Shown: positions 37,065 through 47,242 of the stretch, in pieces
Numbering within the stretch: position 1 is the stretch's first letter
How the letters are laid out: the number at the start of each line of letters is the position of its first letter
Origin: Thermodesulfobacteriota bacterium
Lineage (GTDB): Bacteria > Desulfobacterota_D > UBA1144 > Nemesobacterales > UBA2774
NCBI GenBank assembly: GCA_963422265.1
Contig: OY729416.1
Location: 1 to 64,000, forward strand
DNA: 64,000 bases
Direction of reading: 5' to 3'
The notes under the pieces: generated by a model
The model's database searches: none
Seen by the model: only the letters and a program-made list of their open reading frames with translations
Told to the model about the DNA's origin: nothing
Position numbers and translations under genes: made by a program

Positions 37065-38144
37065 ATGACTAGAAAAACAATGACTAGAGAAAAGGTAAAT
37101 TTTAAGGAGATATTCGATTCGTTACCTGAATCTATAGTAATACTGGATAAGAATTTTTACGTTCAAGATATGAACGACAATGCCGAGTCTAAATTCAGAA
37201 TATCACGAAAAAAGGCGCAGGGAAAGCCTTCGAGTGTCTTCATGCCCGAAGGGGTCGAGCGCGTAGCTAGAAGGGCGCTTGAAGAGGGTAGAACAGTGTT
37301 TGGAGACGCAATGCAGCCGCTTCTAAGAGATGGCAACAAAATCTCCATCCAGCCCGTAGCGTCACCCCTGTTTACAAAGCATGGCAGAATAAAAGGCGCC
37401 CTTGTAGAAATAAAAGACCTTACTGCAAGCAAGTTTCTAAATACCAAAAACGCGCAGGAGGTATCGGCTTCAGAGTTGGGTGACTTAGTGCAGGGGCTTG
37501 CGCATGAGCTAAAGAACCCTCTTAGCGGAATAAGAGGAGCCGCTCAACTGCTCGTCAATGACGCGGGCGACAAGGAGACTGTGAAGTGCGCTGAAATAAT
37601 AACTAAAGAAGTGGATAGGCTTCGGTCTCTTCTTGACACGCTAAGGCAGCTAGAACCCTTTGCCGAAGGGACGCTGGAGCCCATAGACGTCCACGAAATA
37701 CTTATGGAGATCGTATATCTCGAGCAGCAGACGGCATCAGCCTCCCACGTTACTTATAAACAAAACTACGACGTTACGCTACCCCCTATTCACGGCGATA
37801 TGAATTCGCTAAAGCAGGTTTTTTTGAACCTTATTAAAAATGCCTGCCAGTCAATTGACGGCGAGGGAATGATAGAGATTTCTACAAGGTGGCTTACCGA
37901 GCACAAGCTAAAAGGTCAGAACTCATTGGTAGTGGAGATAAAGGATACTGGCAGGGGAATACTCGATAGCTCCCTGGACAAAATCTTTAGTCCCTTTTAT
38001 ACTACTAAGAAAGAAGGGTCGGGCTTTGGCTTGTTCCTCGCTTATCAGGTCGTAGCCAAGCACCGCGGGGCTATTCTAGTGGAGAGTGAGATGGGTAAAG
38101 GGACGACGTTCAAGGTCTATCTGCCTATAACGAGCACAGTTTGA
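37065..38144 (+). CDS. PAS-domain sensor histidine kinase, NtrB-like
   Basis: GLAHELKNPLSGIRGAAQLL H-box, YDVTLP, QVFLNLIKNA, DTGRG and FYTTKKEGSGFGL; start ambiguous because of a tandem ATGACTAGA repeat. Confidence 0.88.
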   Translation: MTRKTMTREKVNFKEIFDSLPESIVILDKNFYVQDMNDNAESKFRISRKKAQGKPSSVFMPEGVERVARRALEEGRTVFGDAMQPLLRDGNKISIQPVASPLFTKHGRIKGALVEIKDLTASKFLNTKNAQEVSASELGDLVQGLAHELKNPLSGIRGAAQLLVNDAGDKETVKCAEIITKEVDRLRSLLDTLRQLEPFAEGTLEPIDVHEILMEIVYLEQQTASASHVTYKQNYDVTLPPIHGDMNSLKQVFLNLIKNACQSIDGEGMIEISTRWLTEHKLKGQNSLVVEIKDTGRGILDSSLDKIFSPFYTTKKEGSGFGLFLAYQVVAKHRGAILVESEMGKGTTFKVYLPITSTV

Positions 38145-38385
38145 AAGCACGTTCCTGTATGTATTAAGCGAGGGCAGGGGTGTCCAGGGGGTATGTGTAA
38201 AGGGAAGTCTGAATTGTTCCCTGCTTTTGTGGTTGCCCTGAGGTATGGTGGAGATGGGTAACCACAAGGGTTACCCCTACAGGTGATGGAAAGGCGGGAA
38301 TGATGGAGAAGCACTCTCGCCCTGTATCCCTCTCCCTACTGGGAGAGGGGAATATAAAGAAACTTGATTGGGAAGGGTTACCCCT
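38142..38385. repeat. Mosaic repeat boundary, duplicated at 42545-42790 and partly at 46086-46280
   Basis: TGAAAGCACGT(T/A)CCTGTATGTATTAAGC starts all three copies. Confidence 0.9.
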
Positions 38386-41300
38386 AAAACAAGGGGCTGT
38401 TGCTTGAACCTACCCTCAACCTACTACAAATACGAACTGCGGGGATGAGTGCTACTAACAGCAATAGAAGAGCTAAAACCCCAGCGCCTTCACCCTTTCC
38501 TTCTGCACCAATAAGAGAGCAGCCCCTGCCTCCTCCGCAACTTTCAGAATCACATCCCTCACAGTCTCCCCCTTCATTCTCTTCTATACTCGTATCCATG
38601 CCCTCTACGTTGACGGTTGAACATCCATCGTTGTATATGCCTCCCCCTGAAGATGCAAAGTTATTAGTTATAGTCGTAGATGACAGAGTTACTATTCCCC
38701 CCTCCACGTTCTTTATCGCTCCGCCGTTCTCCGACGCTTTGTTATCTCTCAACGTAACGCCCTTTAGCTCTAGCTCACCTCTATTCAGTATAGCTCCGCC
38801 CCCACCTTCTACACACCCGCCTCTGATTGTCGCATTTTCAATATATAGGATACCACCCTCGGCTACTGAAAATATACGGAACTTCTTTGCACTATCATCA
38901 TCGCAGCCTAAATCTGCGTCCCGCTCTATTATGGCTCCATTGCCCTCTATCTTTATTTTCACTCCATTTGGTATTTCTAGCAACGCGCTCTTACCTTCTT
39001 CCTTTTCTCCTCTCCCGATACTGCTGAGGGCAGAGTCGGACGTTGGGTCAAATAAAGTCGTCTCTGCCTTGCTGAACTTATACGTTCTCCCTTTTTCTAA
39101 CACAATTTTTTGTGATGTAGAAGTCGTGTCCTTATTATCATAATCATCACCGCCCTGTTTTACTGCAGAACCTTCAGCGTCATTAAACTCAATTATGTTG
39201 TGAGGATCCTCAGGTGTTGCTATGACTGGGTCAGACGGTGTTCCTACAATGTTGCCAGCAATCGCGCGGATTTGGAAGTGATGTTCGACTTCGTTGGTCA
39301 GCCCACTCACGGTGTAAGAATCCGTGAATTGTCCACTGTTCGGAATGTCAGTCCAGTCTGAGGATTTGCTAGTGTCAGTGGGGACCCACCACTTGAACTG
39401 ATACTTCGTGATGTCGGAGTTAAGAGGATCATTCCATGACAAGTTCACCTCACCATCTCCCACTGTTGTCGTAAGGTTTGCAGGAGCACCTGGGGCTTCA
39501 ATAGTATCGGTGTCATTAAACTCAATTCTGTTGTGAGGATCCTCAGGTGTTGCTGTGACTGGGTCGGTCTGTGCTCCTAGAACGTTGCCAGCAATCGCGC
39601 GGATGCGGAAGTAATGTTCGACTTCGTTGGTCAGCCCACTCACGGTGTAAGAATCCGTGAATTGTCCACTGTTCGGAATGTCAGTCCAGACCCTGTATTT
39701 GCTAGTGTCAGTGGGGACCCACCACTTGAACTGATACTTCGTGATGTCGGAGTTAAGAGGATCATCCCATGACAAGTTCACCTCACCATCGCCCACTGTT
39801 GCCGTAAGTGCTTGGGGCTTTTCTGGAGCTTCAATAGTATCGGTGTTGTGAGGATCCTCAGGTGTCGCTGTGACTCGCAGGGATGAATCTCCTACAATAT
39901 CGCCGACTATAGCGCGGATGTAGAGATTATGGCTTACGCCGTTGGTCAGCCCTATCACCGTGTAAGAAGTCGTGTCCTTATCACTGTTTGGAATGTCAGT
40001 CCAGACCATGTATTTGTTATTATAGCCCCACCACCTTACCTGATACTTCGTGATGTTAGTGTTATTAGGCTTATCCCATGACAACGTTACCTGTGATATT
40101 CCTGCTGTCGCTTTAACTCCCTGAGGCGCGCCCGGGGCTAGCTCTGGCACTCCCGTTGTTGGCATTACCGTGATGCGCGAGGACGAATCTCCTACAATAT
40201 CGCCGACTATAGCGCGGATGTAGAGATTATGGCTTACGCCGTTGGTCAGCCCTATCACGGTGTAAGAAGTCGTGTCCTTATCACTGTTTGGAATGTCAGT
40301 CCAGTCTTTGTATTTGTTATTATAGCCCCACCACCTTACCTCATACTTCGTGATGTTAGGGTTGCTAGGATTGCTCCATGATAGCTCCACCTTGCCGTCC
40401 CCCGGTATCCCTGTAAGATTTGAGGGCCTGCCCGGACCCGGTATCCCCGTAATAACAACGGATGGCTTTCCTTCAACATTGCCAGCCATTGCGCGGACCT
40501 GGAAGCGATAGAGGGTGCGGTTGCGTAGAAATCGCTCCGTGTAATCGGTCGTGTCCTTATCACTCCCCGGCATGTTAGTCCAGTCCTTGTATGCGCCGCT
40601 AATTGGAGTCCACCGCTTGACCTGATACTCGGTGATGTTAGGGTTATTAGGATTATCCCATGACAACGTTACCTGTGATATTCCTGGTGTCGCTGTAACT
40701 CCCTGAGGCGCGCCCGGGGCTAGCTCTGGCACTCCCGTTGTTGGCATTACCGTGATGCGCGAGGACTCCTCTCCTACAACCTCGCCGACTATAGCGCGGA
40801 TGTAGAAGTCATGGCTTACGCCGTTGGTCAGCCCACTCACCGTGTAATCGGTCGTGTCCTTATCACTCCCCGGAATGTCAGTCCAGGCTTTGTCTTTGCC
40901 ATTATGTCCCCACCACTTGAACTGATACTTCGTAATGTTGGGGTTATTAGGATTGCTCCATGATAGCTCCACCTGTCCGTCCCCCGGTGTCCCCGTAAGA
41001 TGTGCAGGACTGCCCGGGGCCCGATCCCCCGGTGTCACCGTAAGATTTGCAGGACTGCTCGGGACCTGATCCCCCGGTGTCACCGTAATGATAGCGGATT
41101 CCTGTCCCGGAATGTTGCCAACGACTGCACGAACTTGGAAGCGATAGAGGGTGCCGTTGCGTAGAAATCGCTCCGTGTAAAGGACCGTGTCTGCTCCACT
41201 GTTTGGCATTTTGGTCCAGGCCTTGTATGCTTGGTTATATGGAGTCCACCGCTTGACCTGATACTCGGTGATGTTAGGGTTATTAGGATTATCCCATTTC

Positions 41301-42343
41301 AACGTTACCTGTGATATGCCTGCTGTCGCTGTAAATCCCTGAGGCGCGGGGGTTGGCCCTGGCGTGGGTGTTTCTGCTGGAGTCGCCGTGACGCGCGAGG
41401 ACTCCTCTCCTATAACATCGCCGTCTACTATAACGCGGATGTAGAAGCTATACCTTACGTCGTTGGGCAGATACTTCACCGTGTAATCGGTCGTGTCCTT
41501 ATTACTCCCCGGAATGTCAGTCCAGATTTTGTATTTGCCATTATCGCCCCACCATCTGACCTGATACTTCGTGATGCGGGGGTTATTAGGATTATCCCAG
41601 TTCAACTTTACATTTGACATGTCTGCTGTTGCTGTAACTCCTTGAGGCGCGCCCGGACTTGTTGTTGGTATTGTTGGCGTCGCCGTGACGCGCGAGGACT
41701 CCTCTCCTATTCCTATAGCATCGCCTTCTACTATAGCACGGATGTAGAAGCTATACCTTACGCCGTTGATCAGTCCCCTCACAGTGTAAGAGGTTGTGTC
41801 CTTATCACTCCCCGGAATTTTAGTCCAGACCCTGTATTCGCCATTATCGCCCCACAACCTGATCTGATAGCTCGTGATGTCGGAGTCATTAGGATTATCC
41901 CAGTTCAACTTTACCTGTGATCTTTCCGCTGTCGCTGTAACTCCCTGAGGCGCGACCGGGGCTGTTGGCGTCGCCGTGACGCGCGAGGACGACTCTCCTA
42001 TAGCATAGCCGTCTGCTATAGCGCGGATGTAGAAGCTATGCCTTACGCCGCTGATCAGCCCCCTCACAGTGTAAGAGGTTGTGTCCTTATCACTCCCCGG
42101 AATTTTAGTCCAGACCCTGTATTTGCCATTATCGCCCCACCACCTGATCTGATAGCTCGTGATGTCGTAGTTATTAGGATTATCCCAGTTCAACGTTACC
42201 TGTGATCTTCCCGCTGTCGCTGTAACTCCCTGAGGCGCGACCGGGATTGTCTCCTGCGCCCTAGAGTGAGTTGATAAGCCAATTGTGAGTGAAAGAACCC
42301 CTAATAGGATGGGGAAAGATATACTAGATACTTGGATATTCAT
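38384..42343 (-). CDS. Surface protein: signal peptide, 10 FN3 repeats, GGAI beta-helix and GlyGly/Cys-type C-terminal anchor
   Basis: Ten W..P.N..IT.Y / W..IP.S / GL.NG repeats; GGAILN, GGAIKN, GGGIYN; GGGRGCSL, TM helix and basic tail. Confidence 0.9.
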   Translation of the reverse strand: MNIQVSSISFPILLGVLSLTIGLSTHSRAQETIPVAPQGVTATAGRSQVTLNWDNPNNYDITSYQIRWWGDNGKYRVWTKIPGSDKDTTSYTVRGLISGVRHSFYIRAIADGYAIGESSSRVTATPTAPVAPQGVTATAERSQVKLNWDNPNDSDITSYQIRLWGDNGEYRVWTKIPGSDKDTTSYTVRGLINGVRYSFYIRAIVEGDAIGIGEESSRVTATPTIPTTSPGAPQGVTATADMSNVKLNWDNPNNPRITKYQVRWWGDNGKYKIWTDIPGSNKDTTDYTVKYLPNDVRYSFYIRVIVDGDVIGEESSRVTATPAETPTPGPTPAPQGFTATAGISQVTLKWDNPNNPNITEYQVKRWTPYNQAYKAWTKMPNSGADTVLYTERFLRNGTLYRFQVRAVVGNIPGQESAIITVTPGDQVPSSPANLTVTPGDRAPGSPAHLTGTPGDGQVELSWSNPNNPNITKYQFKWWGHNGKDKAWTDIPGSDKDTTDYTVSGLTNGVSHDFYIRAIVGEVVGEESSRITVMPTTGVPELAPGAPQGVTATPGISQVTLSWDNPNNPNITEYQVKRWTPISGAYKDWTNMPGSDKDTTDYTERFLRNRTLYRFQVRAMAGNVEGKPSVVITGIPGPGRPSNLTGIPGDGKVELSWSNPSNPNITKYEVRWWGYNNKYKDWTDIPNSDKDTTSYTVIGLTNGVSHNLYIRAIVGDIVGDSSSRITVMPTTGVPELAPGAPQGVKATAGISQVTLSWDKPNNTNITKYQVRWWGYNNKYMVWTDIPNSDKDTTSYTVIGLTNGVSHNLYIRAIVGDIVGDSSLRVTATPEDPHNTDTIEAPEKPQALTATVGDGEVNLSWDDPLNSDITKYQFKWWVPTDTSKYRVWTDIPNSGQFTDSYTVSGLTNEVEHYFRIRAIAGNVLGAQTDPVTATPEDPHNRIEFNDTDTIEAPGAPANLTTTVGDGEVNLSWNDPLNSDITKYQFKWWVPTDTSKSSDWTDIPNSGQFTDSYTVSGLTNEVEHHFQIRAIAGNIVGTPSDPVIATPEDPHNIIEFNDAEGSAVKQGGDDYDNKDTTSTSQKIVLEKGRTYKFSKAETTLFDPTSDSALSSIGRGEKEEGKSALLEIPNGVKIKIEGNGAIIERDADLGCDDDSAKKFRIFSVAEGGILYIENATIRGGCVEGGGGAILNRGELELKGVTLRDNKASENGGAIKNVEGGIVTLSSTTITNNFASSGGGIYNDGCSTVNVEGMDTSIEENEGGDCEGCDSESCGGGRGCSLIGAEGKGEGAGVLALLLLLVALIPAVRICSRLRVGSSNSPLF

Positions 42344-42786
42344 TGCTTGTCTCCCTAATATGTATATAAGTACTTCTACACAATAAATATGGGACGATCA
42401 AGTAGTTTTTCCCTTTAACTTTATAAATAGCTACAGATTTTCTTCCAACAGTCTGTTCCACGCTTTGGAAATTAAAGATGAATATCACCAATGAAATGGT
42501 CGGTAGTGACGAGTTGAGTGATATGTCTAAATCGTCATTTCTGTGAAAGCACGTACCTGTATGTATTAAGCGAGGGCAGGGGTGTCCAGGGGGTATGTGT
42601 AAAGGGAAGTCTGAATTGTTCCCTGCTTTTGTGGTTGCCCTGAGGTATGGTGGAGATGGGTAACCACAAGGGTTACCCCTACAGGTGATGGAAAGGGTGG
42701 GAATGATGGAGAAGCACCCTCACCCTGTATCCCTCTCCCAGTAGGGAGAGGGGAATATAAAGAAACTTGATTGGGAAGGGTTACCC

Positions 42787-45700
42787 CTACAACAAGGGGC
42801 TGCTGCTTGAACCTACCCTCAACCTACTACAAATACGAACTGCGGGGATGAGTGCTACTAACAGCAATAGAAGAGCTAAAACCCCAGCGCCTTCACCCTT
42901 TCCTTCTGCACCAATAAGAGAGCATCCCCTGCCTCCTCCGCAACTTTCAGAATCACATCCCTCACAGTCTCCCCCTCCATTCTCTTCTATACTCGTATCC
43001 ATGTCCTCTACGTTGACGGTTGAACATCCATCGTTGTATATGCCTCCCCCTGAAGATGCAAAGTTGTTAGTTATAGTCGTAGATGACAGAGTTACTATTC
43101 CCCCCTCCACGTTCTTTATCGCTCCGCCGTTCTCCGACGCTTTGTTATCTCTCAACGTAACGCCCTTTAGCTCTAGCTCACCTCTATTCAGTATAGCTCC
43201 GCCCCCACCTTCTACACACCCGCCTCTGATTGTCGCATTTTCAATATATAGGATACCACCCTCGGCTACTGAAAATATACGGAACTTCTTTGCACTATCA
43301 TCATCGCAGCCTAAATCTGCGTCCCGCTCTATTATGGCTCCATTGCCCTCTATCTTTATTTTCACTCCATTTGGTATTTCTAGCAACGCGCTCTTACCTT
43401 CTTCCTTTTCTCCTCTCCCGATACTGCTGAGGGCAGAGTCGGACGTTGGGTCAAATAAAGTCGTCTCTGCCTTGCTGAACTTATACGTTCTCCCTTCTTC
43501 TAACACAATTTTTTGTGATGTAGAAGTCGTGTCCTTATTATCATAATCATCACCGCCCTGTTTTACTGCAGAACCTTCAGCGTCATTAAACTCAATTATG
43601 TTGTGAGGATCCTCAGGTGTTGCTATGACTGGGTCAGACGGTGTTCCTACAATGTTGCCAGCAATCGCGCGGATTTGGAAGTGATGTTCGACTTCGTTGG
43701 TCAGCCCACTCACGGTGTAAGAAGTCGTGAATTGTTCATTGCTCGGAATGTCAGTCCAGTCTGAGGATTTGCTAGCGTCAGTGGGGACCCACCACTTGAA
43801 CTGATACTTCGTGATGTCGGAGTTAAGAGGATCATTCCATGACAAGGTCACCTCACCATCGCCCACTGTTGTCGTAAGTCCTTGGGGCTTTTCTGGAGCT
43901 TCAATAGTATCGGTGTCAATAAACTCAATTATGTTGTGAGGATCCTCAGGTGTTGCTGTGACTGGGTCGGTCTGTGTTCCTAGAAGGTTGCCAGCAATCG
44001 CGCGGATGCGGAAGTAATGTTCGACTTCGTTGGTCAGCCCTATCACCGTGTGAGAAGTCGTGAATTGTCCACTGTTCGGAATGTCAGTCCAGACCCTGTA
44101 TTTGCTAGTGTCAGTGGGGACCCACCACTTGAACTGATACTTCGTGATGTCAGAGTTAAGAGGATCATCCCATGACAAGGTTACCTCACCATCGCCCACT
44201 GTTGCCGTAAGTGCTTGGGGCTTTTCTGGAGCTTCAATAGTATCGGTGTTGTGAGGATCCTCAGGTGTCGCTGTGACTCGCAGGGATGAATCTCCTACAA
44301 CCTCGCCGACTATAGCGCGGATGTAGAGATTATGCCTTACGCCGTTGGTCAGCCCACTCACCGTGTAAGCGGTCGTGTCCTTATCACTGTTTGGAATGTC
44401 AGTCCAGACCATGTATTTGTTATTATAGCCCCACCACCTTACCTCATACTTCGTGATGTCGGGGTTACTAGGCTTATCCCATGACAACGTTACCTCACTA
44501 TTGCCCGGCGTTGCCGTAAGGTTTGCAGGAGCACCTGGGGCTAGCTCTGGCGCTCCCGTTGTTGGCATTACCGTGATGCGCCGGGACGAATCTCCTACAA
44601 CCTCGCCGACTATAGCGCGGATGTAGAGATTATGGCTTACGCCGTTGGTCAGCCCACTCACCGTGTAAGAAGTCGTGTCCTTATCACTCCCCGGAATTTC
44701 AGTCCAGACCATGTATTTGTTATTATAGCCCCACCACCTTACCTCATACTTCGTGATGTCGGGGTTACTAGGCTTATCCCATGATAGCTCCACCTTGCCG
44801 TCCCCCGGTATCCCCGTAAGATTTGAGGGCCTGCTCGGGACCTGATCCCCCGGTGTCACCGTAAGATTTGCAGGACTGCTCGGGACCTGATCCCCCGGTA
44901 TCCCCGTAACGATAGCGGATTCCTGTCCCGGAATGTTGCCAACGACTGCACGAACTTGGAAGCGATAGAGGGTACCGTTGTCTAGAAATCGCTCCGTGTA
45001 AAGGACCGTGTCTGCTCCACTGTTTGGCATGTTGGTCCAGGTCTTGTATGCGTGGTTATATGGAGTCCACCGCTTGACCTGATACTTCGTGATGTCGGGG
45101 TTATTAGGATTACTCCATTTCAACGTTACCTGTGATTCTCCTGGTGTTGCTGTAACTCCCTGAGGCGCGGGGATTGGCCCTGGCACGGGTGTTGTTGCTG
45201 GCGTCGCCGTGACGCGCGAGGACTCCTCTCCTATAGCATAGCCGTTTACTATAACGCGGATGTAGAAGCTATACCTTACGTCGTTGGGCAGATACCTCAC
45301 CGTGTGAGACGTCGTGAATTGTCCACTGTTCGGAATGTCAGTCCAGGTTTTGTATTTGCCATTATCACCCCACCATCTGACCTGATACTTCATGATGCGG
45401 GGGTTATTAGGATTAGCCCAGTTCAACGTTACCTGTGATATGTTTACTGTCGCTGTAACTCCTTGAGGCGCGCCCGGAATTGTTGTTGTTGTTGGTGTTG
45501 TTGGCGTCGCCGTGACGCGCGAGGACTCCTCTCCTATAGCATCGCCGACTATAGCGCGGATGTAGAAGCTATGCTTTTTGCCGTTGATCAGCCCACTCAC
45601 CGTGTAATCGGTTGTGTCCTTATGACTCCCAGGAATGTCAGTCCAGACTCTGTATTCACCATTATCATTGCCCCACCACCTTACCTGATACTTCGTGATG

Positions 45701-45879
45701 TCGGAGTTATTAGGATTAGCCCAGTTCAACGTTACCTGTGATCTTCCCGCTGCCGCTCTAACTTCCTGAGGCGCGCCCGGGACTGTCTCCTGCGCCCTAG
45801 AGTGAGTTGATAAGCCAATTGTGAGTGAAAGAATCCCTAATAGGATGGAGAAAGACATACTAGATACTTGGATATTCAT
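42787..45879 (-). CDS. Tandem paralog of the above with 7 FN3 repeats
   Basis: Near-identical signal peptide, upstream region and C-terminal ~480 aa; different N-terminal repeat number. Confidence 0.9.
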   Translation of the reverse strand: MNIQVSSMSFSILLGILSLTIGLSTHSRAQETVPGAPQEVRAAAGRSQVTLNWANPNNSDITKYQVRWWGNDNGEYRVWTDIPGSHKDTTDYTVSGLINGKKHSFYIRAIVGDAIGEESSRVTATPTTPTTTTIPGAPQGVTATVNISQVTLNWANPNNPRIMKYQVRWWGDNGKYKTWTDIPNSGQFTTSHTVRYLPNDVRYSFYIRVIVNGYAIGEESSRVTATPATTPVPGPIPAPQGVTATPGESQVTLKWSNPNNPDITKYQVKRWTPYNHAYKTWTNMPNSGADTVLYTERFLDNGTLYRFQVRAVVGNIPGQESAIVTGIPGDQVPSSPANLTVTPGDQVPSRPSNLTGIPGDGKVELSWDKPSNPDITKYEVRWWGYNNKYMVWTEIPGSDKDTTSYTVSGLTNGVSHNLYIRAIVGEVVGDSSRRITVMPTTGAPELAPGAPANLTATPGNSEVTLSWDKPSNPDITKYEVRWWGYNNKYMVWTDIPNSDKDTTAYTVSGLTNGVRHNLYIRAIVGEVVGDSSLRVTATPEDPHNTDTIEAPEKPQALTATVGDGEVTLSWDDPLNSDITKYQFKWWVPTDTSKYRVWTDIPNSGQFTTSHTVIGLTNEVEHYFRIRAIAGNLLGTQTDPVTATPEDPHNIIEFIDTDTIEAPEKPQGLTTTVGDGEVTLSWNDPLNSDITKYQFKWWVPTDASKSSDWTDIPSNEQFTTSYTVSGLTNEVEHHFQIRAIAGNIVGTPSDPVIATPEDPHNIIEFNDAEGSAVKQGGDDYDNKDTTSTSQKIVLEEGRTYKFSKAETTLFDPTSDSALSSIGRGEKEEGKSALLEIPNGVKIKIEGNGAIIERDADLGCDDDSAKKFRIFSVAEGGILYIENATIRGGCVEGGGGAILNRGELELKGVTLRDNKASENGGAIKNVEGGIVTLSSTTITNNFASSGGGIYNDGCSTVNVEDMDTSIEENGGGDCEGCDSESCGGGRGCSLIGAEGKGEGAGVLALLLLLVALIPAVRICSRLRVGSSSSPLL

Positions 45880-46281
45880 TTCTTGTCTCCTTAATATGTA
45901 TATATAGTTAAGTACTTCTACACAATAAATATGGGATGATCAAGTAGTTTTCCCCTTTAACTTTATAAATAGCTACAGATTTTCTTCCAACAGTCTGTTC
46001 CACGCTTTGGAAATTAAAGATGAATATCACCAATGAAGTGGTCGGTAGTGACGAGTTGAGTGATATGTCTAAATCGTCATTTCTGTGAAAGCACGTTCCT
46101 GTATGTATTAAGCAAGGGCAGGAATCCAGAGGGGATGGAGAGAGGAAAGGAAGTGATTATCGTTCCCCGACCCTCTTTCTGGATTCCCGCCCGGTGACGG
46201 GAATGACGGGGGGGGGGGTAGGGTAGGGGCGACACTTGTGGTCACCCTGAGCTGTGGTTGTTATGTGGGTACCCCTACACG

Positions 46282-47025
46282 TCATTTGTCGTGCGCAAAA
46301 TGCAGCCCGCATTCCTTGTTGGCTTCCTTTTCCCACCACCAGCGACCCGACCTCGGATCCTGTCCGGGCTCAACTGCCCGCGTGCATGGGGCACACCCGA
46401 TGCTGGGGTAACCAAGGTCGTGAAGTTTATTGTAAGGCACCTTGTTTTTCCTTACATAATCCCATATCTGCTCGGAAGACCAATCGACAATTGGGTTTAT
46501 CTTTAGTATTCCGCCGTGGAGCTCGTCCATCTCGAATTTCATTGCACTTGTTCTGTTCTCGGTCTGATCCCTTCTTATTGAGGTAATCCATGCGTCTAGC
46601 CCTACAAGGTATCTATTGAGGGGCTTTACCTTACGAACTTCGCAGCACAAGATTCTATTTTGTCTGCCCTTGTAAAAGAGGTTGATTCCGTGGTCGTTTA
46701 CCATCCTTTCAACTTCGTTCTTGTTCGGAAATAGGATTTCTATCCTAGTGTCGTAGGCACTACGAATACGGTCCATCACGTCGTAAGTTTCTTGATTTAG
46801 CCTTCCTGTGTCGAGCGTAAAGATGGGTATAGCATCCGTAGGTGCTTGGTCGGGATCGGGGTTGCGGCGAACGTTCATAAGCATATCTATAAGGACTACT
46901 CCCTGTGACTGAAAGCTGGTCGCGAGTGCGACCCTCAGCCGCAGTGGCGAACGCGCTTTGTCGTAAGCCCACCTAAGAATCTCCTCGGGACCGCTCTTTT
47001 CAAACCTACTGTTTAACTCATTCAC
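46282..47025 (-). CDS. cysH: Adenylylsulfate/phosphoadenylylsulfate reductase (4Fe-4S APS-reductase type)
   Basis: FTLDTG, CCEVRKV, GYPSIGCAPCT, RSGRWWWE and ECGLH. Confidence 0.93.
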   Translation of the reverse strand: MNELNSRFEKSGPEEILRWAYDKARSPLRLRVALATSFQSQGVVLIDMLMNVRRNPDPDQAPTDAIPIFTLDTGRLNQETYDVMDRIRSAYDTRIEILFPNKNEVERMVNDHGINLFYKGRQNRILCCEVRKVKPLNRYLVGLDAWITSIRRDQTENRTSAMKFEMDELHGGILKINPIVDWSSEQIWDYVRKNKVPYNKLHDLGYPSIGCAPCTRAVEPGQDPRSGRWWWEKEANKECGLHFAHDK

Positions 47026-47242
47026 CTGCGCGGCGGAAAATTTCGGTCTAGTTTCGTTGACGTTCAGTGATTCTTGATCATCGTTGCTTGAAAGATTAAT
47101 TGTTTGGTGCCTCCTTCTTAATTAGATGGAAACTCGCTCTTAATGTTATCTCCTTGTCGGGGGCTTGGGAGAGATGCCCTCAATCATTCCCGCCCCCTCG
47201 CTTAATAAACCTGCACCTACGCGTCTGCAGCATGCGAATAAA

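Noticed and set aside
38400-43546. 247-aa and 259-aa plus-strand ORFs (38400-39143, 42767-43546)
   Set aside because: Antisense shadows of the FN3 proteins' C-terminal regions
38384-45879. Diversity-generating retroelement (TR/VR pair) acting on FN3 or tail-tip repeats
   Set aside because: No reverse transcriptase in the window, and the differences between copies are not confined to adenines as far as I can see
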